Source of the DNA: an uncultured Methylococcaceae bacterium | GTDB lineage: Bacteria > Pseudomonadota > Gammaproteobacteria > Methylococcales > Methylococcaceae | NCBI GenBank assembly: GCA_903934875.1 | Contig: CAIZPP010000177.1 | Span: 17,344 to 81,343 of the forward strand | Reading direction: 5' to 3' | DNA: 64,000 nucleotides | Shown here: piece after piece, positions 28,696 to 38,815 of the stretch | How positions within the stretch are numbered: the stretch's first letter is position 1 | Layout: every line of letters starts with the position of its first letter | Position numbers and translations under genes: made by a program | The notes under the pieces: model-generated | Seen by the model: the letters and a program-made list of their open reading frames with translations, nothing else | The model's database searches: none | What the model was told of the DNA's origin: nothing

Positions 28696-29385
28696 ATGTC
28701 CAAGCCATTTTACAAACAAGACAGCTCCAAAGGTTTGCTCACTCCCCTTATCCGCATGCTGAGCGCCCGGTTGCAGCGCTTTTATTTCCGCGCAATCGAA
28801 TCCGCAGGCCACCACAAGCGTGATATCCTTGTGTCTCGCGTGGAAAACGCCCGCGACGGGCTGGAGGATGCCAAGGCACAATTCCAAAACGCCCTGGAAA
28901 AATTCAGCGCACTGACTGAGTTTGACGGCGGTTCCCTAGAGGATGCTTATCGCCAACTCAAAGTTGAATTTGATTACAGCAAATCCAGGGCCTTGGCAGT
29001 TTCCGACCGCATTGATGCCGTGCAGGAAGTGGCCGAGGCGCTGTTTGCCGAATGGGAAGACGAATTGGAGCAATACAGCAATCGCAGCTTGCGCAACGCG
29101 AGCCGGTTAAAACTGAAGCAGACCCAGCAGATGTACGGCCAACTGCTTTCCGCCATGCGCCGGGCTGAAAGCAAGATTGGGCCTGTGCTTGGGGTTTTCC
29201 AAGACCAGGTCTTGTTCCTCAAGCATAACCTCAACGCCCAGGCCATTGCCCACTTGGAAAGCGAATTGGCCACCCTGGCTAACGGCGTGTCCGGGTTGAT
29301 CTCCGCCATGGAGCGCTCCATAGACCGCGCCAATTCATTCATGCAAAATATGAGCGGGCAGAAAGCCTTGCCGTCCGGGCAATAA
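28696..29385 (+). CDS. DUF2959-family protein
   Basis: Coiled-coil protein with YF.AIE..G.HKRDILV.RVE.ARD consensus; 229 aa. Confidence 0.55.
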   Translation: MSKPFYKQDSSKGLLTPLIRMLSARLQRFYFRAIESAGHHKRDILVSRVENARDGLEDAKAQFQNALEKFSALTEFDGGSLEDAYRQLKVEFDYSKSRALAVSDRIDAVQEVAEALFAEWEDELEQYSNRSLRNASRLKLKQTQQMYGQLLSAMRRAESKIGPVLGVFQDQVLFLKHNLNAQAIAHLESELATLANGVSGLISAMERSIDRANSFMQNMSGQKALPSGQ

Positions 29386-29388
29386 GCT

Positions 29389-29865
29389 ATGCTTGCAGCA
29401 AAAGCCGCCTTCATCAGACTTGCATTGTGTGCCTGTTGTACGCCCGGCCTGCTTTGCCAGGCTTCGGGCAACAACGGGGACGAGCAGTCCCTTGCTTGCT
29501 CCTACGGCTACAAAAAACCCATGACTAGCGGCGAGGCGAAGCTGGACATTAAAGACCACCGGATCAATCGGATTTGGTTTAATAGTTATTACCCCGGCGG
29601 GCAGGGAGAATTGGGCTTTACCTGCCACATCGACTGGAACCGCCAGGACGGGGCTTTTACTTGGCAAGATAAGGGCTTGGACATTACCGTCACCGCCAAG
29701 GAAAGCGGAGACACCCTGCAATTAAACCACGACAAAAAAGGCTATAGGCTGGACTTTGCCAACTTTAAAAAACTATCCACCTATTGCGGAGCAGGGGCCG
29801 AAGTGCCGTTGGACGTGTTCATTCCCTTTTCAGGCAGGTCGTGCAAGATACGGTTGGCACCATGA
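29389..29865 (+). CDS. Hypothetical secreted/lipoprotein
   Basis: N-terminal hydrophobic signal (IRLALCACC); starts 4 nt after the DUF2959 gene; no recognisable family. Confidence 0.4.
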   Translation: MLAAKAAFIRLALCACCTPGLLCQASGNNGDEQSLACSYGYKKPMTSGEAKLDIKDHRINRIWFNSYYPGGQGELGFTCHIDWNRQDGAFTWQDKGLDITVTAKESGDTLQLNHDKKGYRLDFANFKKLSTYCGAGAEVPLDVFIPFSGRSCKIRLAP

Positions 29866-29874
29866 ACATCAGGC

Positions 29875-30008
29875 CAAGCTGGTGCTTGGCGCTCCCAGAA
29901 GGAACGCCAAGCCCCAGCTTGGCAAGGTTATCAGGGGAGGAATTGTTCGTGATTTTCATGCGCAATTCATTTCTGTTTTGGTGGATTCATTATTGGAAAT
30001 CACCTTAA
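29875..30008. repeat. Family-3 repeat, copy 2
   Basis: Same hairpin and tail as 21846-21941; its 3' end supplies the stop codon of pgl. Confidence 0.75.
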
Positions 30009-30724
30009 CTGAATGCCTTGCCCCAGGCTGCCTGGTCCACCAGCCAAACCAACTCGCCTTCGTCCAATTGCACGGCTCCCGCAGGCAAGGTCGGAACCGT
30101 CGCTTCGCGCAGCATGGACAGGGCGGGGGCTTTGTCTTCGCCGGTGACGAGAAACAACACATGGCGTGCCTGGTTGATAAGTTCCAAACTCAAGGACAAG
30201 CGGGTGGGCGGCGGTTTGGGAGAATTGTGGACAGGGATGACCCAAGGGCCTTTAGGATGCGCATGGCCGGGGAACAGGGAGGCGGTGTGGCCGTCTGGAC
30301 CCATGCCTAAGACGATGAGATCAAAGCGCGGGGAAGCAACCCCAAAATATTCTTGCAATTCGGCTGCATAGCGCAACGCACTAGCCTCAACCGTTCCGTC
30401 GGTTGGCATGGGATGGATGTTGCATTCGGGAATCTTGCTGATTGGATCAAGCAGGGTTTCGCGAACCATGCGGAAGTTGCTGTCTGGGTGGTCCGGCGGC
30501 AGGAAACGCTCATCGGCCAGGAAAACCTGCAAGCTGCCCCAGTCGATCTGTCCACGCCAAGGCGGCGTGGTCAGCAAGCGGTAAAAACGCTGCGGCGTGG
30601 AGCCACCTGATAGCGCCAGGCTAAACCGCCGGCCTGGATGTTCCGCCATCAAGCCCAGCAGACGCCGGGCGCTCTCTTCGGCAACCGCGTCCGGGTCGGC
30701 AAAAACAAAAGTTTGTCCGTTCAT
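30005..30724 (-). CDS. pgl: 6-phosphogluconolactonase
   Basis: ...SLALSGGSTP... glucosamine/galactosamine-6P-isomerase fold; adjacent to pgi. Confidence 0.8.
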   Translation of the reverse strand: MNGQTFVFADPDAVAEESARRLLGLMAEHPGRRFSLALSGGSTPQRFYRLLTTPPWRGQIDWGSLQVFLADERFLPPDHPDSNFRMVRETLLDPISKIPECNIHPMPTDGTVEASALRYAAELQEYFGVASPRFDLIVLGMGPDGHTASLFPGHAHPKGPWVIPVHNSPKPPPTRLSLSLELINQARHVLFLVTGEDKAPALSMLREATVPTLPAGAVQLDEGELVWLVDQAAWGKAFS

Positions 30725-30727
30725 GGG

Positions 30728-32368
30728 CTAGCGCAGGGATTTGTAGTAATTTAGCAGGCCATTGGTGGATGAGTCATGGGAACTCACCGGGTCGTCGTCC
30801 GTCATGTCCTTCAAGACAGTCTTGGCAAGTTGCTTGCCCAATTCCACCCCCATCTGGTCAAACGAGTTGATATTCCAGATTGCCCCTTGGACAAAAACCT
30901 TGTGTTCGTAGAAGGCGATCAGCGCGCCCAGCGTCTCGGGTGCCAGGCTATGGTAGAGAAACGAATTGGAGGGCTTGTTGCCGGGGAAGGTCTTAGCCAT
31001 CGCCAGCATGTCCAGCCGCTCTTCCGGCACCCCTTCTGCCAGCAATTCGGCCCTAGCCTCAGCGGTCGTTTTGCCGCGCATCAAGGCTTCCGTTTGGGCA
31101 ATGAAGTTGGAAAGCAGCGCTTCATGGTGGCCGGCCAGTTTGTGATAGCTATGCGCCGCCGCCAAAAAGTCACAGGGCACCAGCTTGCTGCCTTGGTGGA
31201 TCAACTGATAGAAAGCGTGTTGGCCGTTGGTTCCTGCCTGGCCGAAGATCACCGGGCCGGTGTCGTAATCCAAGCGGTTGCCGTCAATGTCCACGCTCTT
31301 GCCATTACTTTCCATATCCGCTTGCTGGAGATGGTCTGCAAGGAAATCAAGATACTGGTCATAGGGCAAAATGGCCTGGGTTTGCGCACCGAAGAAGTTG
31401 TTATACCAGATGCCCAACAAGCCCATGATCACTGGAATATTCCGTTCCAATGGCTGGGTGCGGAAATGTTCGTCCACCTTGTGCGCACCCGCCAACAGTT
31501 GTTTGAAACCGTCCATGCCAACGGCCACGGCAATCGGCAAACCGATGGCCGACCACAGTGAATAGCGCCCGCCCACCCAGTCCCAAAACTCAAACATGTT
31601 CTTCGTGTCGATTCCAAAAGCTTCCACTTTTTCAGCATTGGTGGAGACGGCAACAAAATGCTTGGCAATGGCCGCCTTGTCGTTCACCCCTGCGGTGAAC
31701 CACTCGCGTGCGGACAGAGCGTTGGTCATGGTCTCCTGAGTGGTGAAGGTCTTGGAGGCAACGATGAACAACGTGGTCTCGCGGTCCAAATTCTTAATCA
31801 CCTCGACTAAATCGGCTTCGTCCACGTTGGAAACAAAATGCACCTTCAACTCGGGCCGACAAAAGGGCGTCAAAGCCTTGACCACCATTTTTGGCCCCAA
31901 ATCGGAACCGCCAATACCAATATGGACCACATTGGCTATGGGTTTGCCGGTGTAGCCGCGCCATTCATGGGAGCGTATCGCGTCGCTGAAATGGCGAATC
32001 TGTTTTAACACCCGATTGACACCGGGCATCACATCCACGCCATCGACTAAGACCGGCTGGCCGGAGCAGTTGCGCAAGGCGGTGTGCAGAACGGCACGGC
32101 CTTCAGTCCCATTGATTTTGTCCCCCCTGAACATGGACTCAATCTTTTCCGACAAGCCAGCCTCACGGGCCAGATTGAATAAAAGCCCAAGGGTAGCGTC
32201 GGTGATGCGGTTTTTGGAATAGTCGAAGAGAATGTCATCAAGACGCAACGAGTAGCGCTCGAAGCGCTGCGGGTCGGCAGAGAACAAGTCCCGCATGTGG
32301 AGGCGGGCAATTTCCCATTGGTGTTCTTGCAGGACTTGCCATGACGGAAGTTGGGTACACCGAACCAT
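30728..32368 (-). CDS. pgi: Glucose-6-phosphate isomerase
   Basis: 546 aa with PGI family signatures throughout. Confidence 0.9.
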   Translation of the reverse strand: MVRCTQLPSWQVLQEHQWEIARLHMRDLFSADPQRFERYSLRLDDILFDYSKNRITDATLGLLFNLAREAGLSEKIESMFRGDKINGTEGRAVLHTALRNCSGQPVLVDGVDVMPGVNRVLKQIRHFSDAIRSHEWRGYTGKPIANVVHIGIGGSDLGPKMVVKALTPFCRPELKVHFVSNVDEADLVEVIKNLDRETTLFIVASKTFTTQETMTNALSAREWFTAGVNDKAAIAKHFVAVSTNAEKVEAFGIDTKNMFEFWDWVGGRYSLWSAIGLPIAVAVGMDGFKQLLAGAHKVDEHFRTQPLERNIPVIMGLLGIWYNNFFGAQTQAILPYDQYLDFLADHLQQADMESNGKSVDIDGNRLDYDTGPVIFGQAGTNGQHAFYQLIHQGSKLVPCDFLAAAHSYHKLAGHHEALLSNFIAQTEALMRGKTTAEARAELLAEGVPEERLDMLAMAKTFPGNKPSNSFLYHSLAPETLGALIAFYEHKVFVQGAIWNINSFDQMGVELGKQLAKTVLKDMTDDDPVSSHDSSTNGLLNYYKSLR

Positions 32369-32591
32369 GATTTGATACCTATATTCGCCGTTGATGTTGT
32401 GGCCGGCATCCCCGGCCTTAATTTTTATTATGTCAATGCTACTACAGGCGCAGTTTTGAATAAACCTTGCTGTTCAGGAAACAGCCGCAAAAAGAAATGC
32501 AGGGGGGAGCGAATCGGCATCGGCGGTCAAAAAAAACCATGTAGTCGGCGCGGAACCATGCTCCGCGCCGGGATAAAGTGTGGCTAGCTAA

Positions 32592-32999
32592 CTAGCTAAT
32601 GCCCTTGCTGTTCAGATACGGCCCGTAGTGTTTGTCAACGTTGGGAATATGCGTAACCAGCCAATCCTTCACGAAAGCCGTGGTGTCATGGGTAATATCC
32701 AACTCGCCCTTATGGAATTTTGCCGCCACACCACTGCAGGTCTCCAATAGTTTAGTGTGTTCTGCCTTATGGGCAGCGTAATCAGGATAGCCGGTTGCCG
32801 TCATCAGGCGCTCCTCTTCAGCGAAATGCTCCACGACATAGTTGACCAGAGCTACCAGTTTGGCGCCGATTGCTGCGCGGTCCCCCGCCGGAACTGCATC
32901 ATGCAGATCATTCAGCAAACCAAAAAGAACCTTGTGCTGCTCGTCGGCGACGGTGACATTGGTGCCGAATTCTTCTTTCGTCCACGTGATGAGTGACAT
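32592..32999 (-). CDS. Bacteriohemerythrin (stand-alone)
   Basis: DEQHK.LF...HF.EEE...H..EH... diiron ligand pattern; 135 aa. Confidence 0.8.
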   Translation of the reverse strand: MSLITWTKEEFGTNVTVADEQHKVLFGLLNDLHDAVPAGDRAAIGAKLVALVNYVVEHFAEEERLMTATGYPDYAAHKAEHTKLLETCSGVAAKFHKGELDITHDTTAFVKDWLVTHIPNVDKHYGPYLNSKGIS

Positions 33000-33445
33000 G
33001 CGTTTTTCCTCTTTAATATTCTTGGAGTCGGGATTTACGTTCTTTTGGTAGGCTTAAAGCCTCAGGTGATTTTAGCATAAACCTTCTCAGTGACATTGTT
33101 TTTTTGCATAGGTGGAAATAGCTTTTTTGAGTTTTATGCACAATCAACGCGGCAAAACGACCGCCACCGCGACGCGGGCAAAACGAGTGCGATTATCTAA
33201 AAACGGCAGTTGGAACGCAGAAAAAACCGTTCGTGCTGAGCGAAGTCGAAGTATGAACAGGTTTTTCCGCCCAAAGGGTTGGGGACAGGGATGTCCCGAA
33301 TGCATCCAGTCACAGGGACGTGAAGCCTCAAGTTTACGATAGGCTTGCCGTAGCCCGTAGCTTGCCATTCTTGGACGCTGGATTCCGGCATCCATGACCG
33401 GAATGACGGGCTATTTCTCACACCTTGGCTCAGCATGGGAATTGC

Positions 33446-33574
33446 GGGGAGTGCAAGGCCTGCCTTGCCTTAGATGACACCGGGAGTGCAAGGCCTGCCT
33501 TGCCTTAGATGACACTGGGAGTGCAAGGCCTGCCTTGCCTTAGATGCCTCGCAAGGCAGGCCTTGCACTCCCCG
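33446..33574. repeat. Three tandem 33-bp direct repeats (gggagtgcaaggcctgccttgccttagatgaca) ending in a 22-bp perfect hairpin, in the divergent hemerythrin/argH intergenic region
   Basis: Read directly; the last unit pairs with the inverted copy gcaaggcaggccttgcactccc. Confidence 0.75.
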
Positions 33575-33670
33575 CAGCACTTTTAATCATACCCTGGAAA
33601 CCATACCTTACCAGAGTGGCAGTGGATGAAGGTATAATGCTTGCCAACATACTTTTCCAATGGAGAATCC

Positions 33671-35068
33671 ATGAACACAGAAAACAAACCTTGGGCGGGA
33701 CGATTTACCGAAGAGACCGATGCGTTTGTGGAAACTTTCACCGCGTCAATCGAATTTGACAAGCGCCTTGCCCCTTTTGACATTGCAGGGTCCATCGCCC
33801 ACGCCACCATGCTGGGGCATATCGGCTTGCTCAGCGACAAGGAGTGCAAGGCGATTGTCCAGGGATTGGAGGGCATTCTTGAGGACATCGAACGGGACGA
33901 TTTCCATTGGACCGCCGAATTGGAGGATGTGCATATGAACATCGAGGCGCGCTTGATCAATCGTATCGGCGATGCGGGCAAAAAACTGCACACAGGCAGG
34001 TCGCGCAACGATCAGGTAGCCACCGACGTCAGGTTGTTCCTGCGCAGCGAAATCGACTTGATCAGCGCGGAACTGCAACGCCTGCAGAGTGCGTTGCTTG
34101 GCCTGGCGGAACGCGAAGCCGATGCCATCATGCCCGGACTCACGCATTTGCAAGTCGCCCAGCCCATCACCTTCGGCCATCACATGATGGCTTGGTATGA
34201 GATGCTGAAGCGCGACGGCGAACGCCTTGCCGACTGCCGCAAGCGGGTTAACATTATGCCCTTGGGCGCGGCGGCTTTGGCCGGCACCAGCTACGCGCTG
34301 GACCGCGACCTTACCGCCAAGCTATTGGGCTTCTCTGTGCCAGCGGCCAACTCCCTGGATGCCGTCAGCGACCGTGATTTCGCCATCGAATTCGCCTCCT
34401 GCGCAAGCCTGACCATGATGCACCTGTCGCGCTTCTCGGAGGAACTGATCTTGTGGAGCAGCGGCCAATTTGGCTTCATCGACCTGCCGGATGCCTTTTG
34501 CACTGGCTCGTCCATCATGCCGCAAAAGAAAAACCCCGATGTGCCCGAGTTGGTGCGCGGCAAAACCGGGCGGGTTTTTGGCTCTTTGTTTGCGCTGCTG
34601 ACCCTGATGAAAAGCCAGCCCTTAGCCTACAACAAAGACAACCAAGAGGACAAGGAACCGCTGTTCGACACCGTGGACACCTTGAAGCATTGCCTGCGCG
34701 CCTTCGCCGATATGATGCCGCATGTCCGGCCCAACCGCAGTGCGATGGTTGCGGCGGCAAAAAAGGGCTACGCCACCGCCACCGACCTGGCCGATTATCT
34801 GGTCCGCAAAGGCGTGGCATTCCGCGATGCCCACGAAATCGTCGGCAAGGCGGTGCGGCTGGGGCTGGACACGCAGCGGGACTTGTCCGAAATTTCCTTG
34901 GCCGAATTGCAAAAATTCTCGCCCAGCATCGAGTCCGATGTATTTGCCATATTGACCTTGGAGGGTTCTGTGACCGCCCGCGACCTGTTCGGAGGCACTG
35001 CCCCGAAGCGGGTGCGGGAAGCGGCCCGCCTGGCCAGGGCTGAACTGCAGGGGGCCAAAAAATCGTGA
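33671..35068 (+). CDS. argH: Argininosuccinate lyase
   Basis: WAGRF.E....FVE.FTASI.FD..L...DI.GSIAHA.ML...GLL; fumarate-lyase signature [12 protein letters not shown]. Confidence 0.9.
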   Translation: MNTENKPWAGRFTEETDAFVETFTASIEFDKRLAPFDIAGSIAHATMLGHIGLLSDKECKAIVQGLEGILEDIERDDFHWTAELEDVHMNIEARLINRIGDAGKKLHTGRSRNDQVATDVRLFLRSEIDLISAELQRLQSALLGLAEREADAIMPGLTHLQVAQPITFGHHMMAWYEMLKRDGERLADCRKRVNIMPLGAAALAGTSYALDRDLTAKLLGFSVPAANSLDAVSDRDFAIEFASCASLTMMHLSRFSEELILWSSGQFGFIDLPDAFCTGSSIMPQKKNPDVPELVRGKTGRVFGSLFALLTLMKSQPLAYNKDNQEDKEPLFDTVDTLKHCLRAFADMMPHVRPNRSAMVAAAKKGYATATDLADYLVRKGVAFRDAHEIVGKAVRLGLDTQRDLSEISLAELQKFSPSIESDVFAILTLEGSVTARDLFGGTAPKRVREAARLARAELQGAKKS

Positions 35069-35682
35069 CTACCGATGAAAGGATCACCACCCTGATCGAC
35101 CTCATCCGCCACGGCGAACCCGTCGGCGGCAGCCGCTATCGCGGGCAGATGGATGATCCCTTATCCGCAACCGGCTGGGAACAAATGCGCCGTGCGGTGG
35201 GCAACCACCATCCCTGGGATGTCATCGTGAGTTCTCCGTTAAGCCGCTGCCTGGCTTTCGCCGAAGAACTGAGCGAACGCCACGGAATTCCACTGGAGGT
35301 GGACCCCAGACTGCAAGAAATAGGCTACGGCGCCTGGCAAGGCAAAACCCGCGATGAAATCTCCCGCTACGACCCCGGCCTGCTCCAGCGTTTTTACCGC
35401 GACCCGATGAACAACCGCCCCGAAGATGCCGAGGGCCTGGCCGATTTCCACCATCGCATCGTCACGGCCTGGAATGAAATCCTCAACCGCCACGCCGGCA
35501 AACACCTGCTGCTGGTCTGCCACGCCGGGGTCGTCCGCATGGTGGTCGCTTATGTGCTGAACATACCCTTGAACAATCTATTCCACATCAAAGTCGCCAA
35601 CGCGGGAATTACCCGCATTGAGTGCCTGGAGCAGGGCGACGAGTTCATGGGGCAGTTGGTTTTTCACGGCGGGGGGCTATAA
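35065..35682 (+). CDS. Histidine phosphatase family protein (phosphoglycerate-mutase-like, CobC-like)
   Basis: LIRHGE catalytic motif; 205 aa. Confidence 0.65.
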   Translation: MTTDERITTLIDLIRHGEPVGGSRYRGQMDDPLSATGWEQMRRAVGNHHPWDVIVSSPLSRCLAFAEELSERHGIPLEVDPRLQEIGYGAWQGKTRDEISRYDPGLLQRFYRDPMNNRPEDAEGLADFHHRIVTAWNEILNRHAGKHLLLVCHAGVVRMVVAYVLNIPLNNLFHIKVANAGITRIECLEQGDEFMGQLVFHGGGL

Positions 35683-35929
35683 TCCGACCTTAGTCTGCAT
35701 TCCCAAGCAGGAGTTCTCATCGTTATACACCAGTCGCGCCGAGCCAAAAATGCCGTCATTCCAGCAGGGATGCAGGAATCCAGTGCCATGGACGGTAACT
35801 TGTCAGTTGCACAAGCGCTTGATTCAGGTCACGAAGCTCGACGGGGTTTGCAACCGCGTCGCTTACGTTTCGTGTATGCAACCATGCCTGCCTAACCACG
35901 AAACGTTACGGACGGGATTACAAATCCCA

Positions 35930-36006
35930 TCCGGCGGAGGCAGGGGCTACGCCCCTGCACCCCAAAAAAGCCAAAAGCGCAAAGGGACAAAAAGCAAAGA
36001 GCAAAG
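35930..36006 (-). other. Conserved 3' flank of DGR target 1: GC hairpin (gcaggggct-acg-cccctgc) plus an A/T-rich tract, duplicated downstream of target 2 (38718-38815)
   Basis: About 90 nt after each target stop codon are conserved between the two loci. Confidence 0.6.
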
Positions 36007-37047
<1,041 letters not shown>

Positions 37048-37165
37048 CCGTGGCAAGCTCTTTGGCTGCGCATCCTGCGCAACCGGGAGAACCGACCCGT
37101 GGGCACCCGCGGCACTCCCGAAGCATCCTTGAACGCTCCGGCTCCGGCATGGTTGCGGGCGTACT

Positions 37166-37285
37166 GGCAAGACGAAAGCCCTGGTTGTTGTTCGTTTCAT
37201 CTGGCCTGTTCCTGTTGCGGTTGGCCGAACGCAGGTTCTGTGGGTTGTTGTTCCACGAACCCCCGCGAACCCCCCGGCGATCGTC
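37166..37285 (-). other. DGR template repeat
   Basis: Non-coding copy of the target 3' end. In the target frame it reads RGVRGGSWNNNPQNLRSANRNRNRPDETNNNQGFRLA, with Asn (AAC) at every position that varies in VR1 and VR2. It lies downstream of, and is overlapped by, the 3' end of the RT ORF. Confidence 0.85.
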
Positions 37286-38354
37286 TGGGCGGTTCCCCCC
37301 GTTGAAAGTATACACGATCTAGGATGGATGAACTCAAACCTTGGGCATCTGCTTGCCGGACATGTCCGAGCCAGCCTGCAACTCGGGTTTGCACGGTACC
37401 CAAGTCAATCCTCCATCGCCCGTAACCAGCCGCCAGACGTTGCAAACGACGGCGGAACTGGTAGCCGCTGCCCCGGCTCAGACGGACGAAGCCGGGAAAA
37501 ACTTGGTAGCCGAGGATGTCTTGCCCCCGGCAAACGCGGAACAAGGATTTTTTGCGGGGGTGGACAGCTAGGCGTTCGGCGGCAAGAAAGCGTTCGATGG
37601 CGGCACACCATTGCCATAACCGGTTTTTATTGTCGGCCAGTAAAACAAGGTCATCGACATATCGCAAATAGGCCCTTGCCTGCAAATCTTCCTTAATGTA
37701 ATGGTCAAGCGGGTCGAGATAAAGATTGCCAAAGAACTGGCTGGTGAGATTGCCCAAAGGCAGACCACAGCGGCGCAGCATCAGGTCAACCAAATCCTCA
37801 TGCGGTTCTGCAACTAGGTTTGGGTTCAAGGGCGCGGGGCTATGGTCGATAATCGTGCCAAACAGCCACAAAACCTCGGGGTCGGCAATATGCCGCGCTA
37901 GTTTTGCCTTCAGGCGGTCATGGTCAATGCTGTCGAAATAACGCTTGATATCCAGTTTGAGCGCATAAGGGTAGCGCTTGGCCCAAACCTGATAGCGCCG
38001 TACTGCGGCATGCACACCCTTGCCGCGCCGGCTGGCATAGCTGTCGAAAATGAAGCGCCGGTCAATGAGCGGTTCCACCACGTTCATAAGCGCATGATGC
38101 ACCACCCGGTCACGGAATGGCGCGGCTGAAATCAACCTGGTTTTGCGGTCGCGCACTTGAAACTGCCGAAATAATCCGGGCCGGTAAGTGCGTTGCAGCA
38201 GGTCTTGGCGAATGTCCACCAGTTCCCATTCCAAATCCAAACCAAACTGTTGGATAGCCGTTTGGCCTGATTTGCCACGCCGGGCCTTGCGATAGGCCAG
38301 CAGTAGATTTTCCCAAGCGGTCACCCGGCTCATCAAATCGCGCAAGGGTCGCAT
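37197..38354 (-). CDS. DGR-type reverse transcriptase
   Basis: RT motifs including LRYVDDLVLL (YxDD). The N-terminus ENLLLAYRKARRGK is typical of DGR and group-II-like RTs. There are no maturase or endonuclease domains. It is adjacent to avd, the template repeat and the variable repeats. The true C-terminus is probably upstream of where the ORF runs into the template repeat. Confidence 0.85.
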   Translation of the reverse strand: MRPLRDLMSRVTAWENLLLAYRKARRGKSGQTAIQQFGLDLEWELVDIRQDLLQRTYRPGLFRQFQVRDRKTRLISAAPFRDRVVHHALMNVVEPLIDRRFIFDSYASRRGKGVHAAVRRYQVWAKRYPYALKLDIKRYFDSIDHDRLKAKLARHIADPEVLWLFGTIIDHSPAPLNPNLVAEPHEDLVDLMLRRCGLPLGNLTSQFFGNLYLDPLDHYIKEDLQARAYLRYVDDLVLLADNKNRLWQWCAAIERFLAAERLAVHPRKKSLFRVCRGQDILGYQVFPGFVRLSRGSGYQFRRRLQRLAAGYGRWRIDLGTVQTRVAGWLGHVRQADAQGLSSSILDRVYFQRGEPPRRSPGGSRGFVEQQPTEPAFGQPQQEQAR

Positions 38355-38363
38355 GATCCGGCT

Positions 38364-38717
38364 CTACAGATTAACGGCGGCACGCCGCCAACCACCGATT
38401 TGCCGACCTAGTTCCGCCAAACGTTCAGAACCTTGGCCGTACGCCTTGGTTGGAATGGCCTTGAGGCTGTGGCTCAAGCGCCATAAATGGCGAACCACAT
38501 CCAAACGGAGGTTGGCTGCGCGAAGGATGTCTTCCCTCTGCTTAGTATAAGCCGCCTCCACCAGCCGCTCCAGCACAAACAATAACCCGCTTTCGATGCG
38601 CTCGCCCAAGGTGAAGCGGCGGGCGCGGGGGAAGCCGTCCAAATGCGGGATGATCCAGCCCAGCAGGGCGTGGCAGTCCTCCACGACTTTGGGATTGATT
38701 GAAGATTCTTTATTCAT
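38364..38717 (-). CDS. avd: Accessory variability determinant (Avd-like four-helix-bundle protein)
   Basis: 117-aa basic helical protein between target 2 and the RT; C-terminal ...LAELGRQIGGWRRA resembles the bAvd family. Confidence 0.65.
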   Translation of the reverse strand: MNKESSINPKVVEDCHALLGWIIPHLDGFPRARRFTLGERIESGLLFVLERLVEAAYTKQREDILRAANLRLDVVRHLWRLSHSLKAIPTKAYGQGSERLAELGRQIGGWRRAAVNL

Positions 38718-38815
38718 GCAGCACTCCCAAAAAAAATTCGGCAGGGGCTAAGCCCCTGCACCCCGAAAACACAAAAAAGCAAAAAGCGCAAAGGGACAAA
38801 AAGCAAAGGGCAAAG

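Noticed and set aside
32369-32591. Candidate intrinsic terminator (cggcgcgga...tccgcgccg followed by a T-run on the minus strand) downstream of the hemerythrin gene
   Set aside because: The T-tract is separated from the stem by about 9 nt and the geometry is ambiguous. It is not reported as a feature without computational folding.
37197-38354. Possibility that the RT is a group II intron or retron RT
   Set aside because: No maturase (X), En or HNH domain, and no obvious intron RNA domains. Instead it is flanked by avd, a template repeat and two variable repeats with adenine-specific substitutions, so it is a DGR RT.
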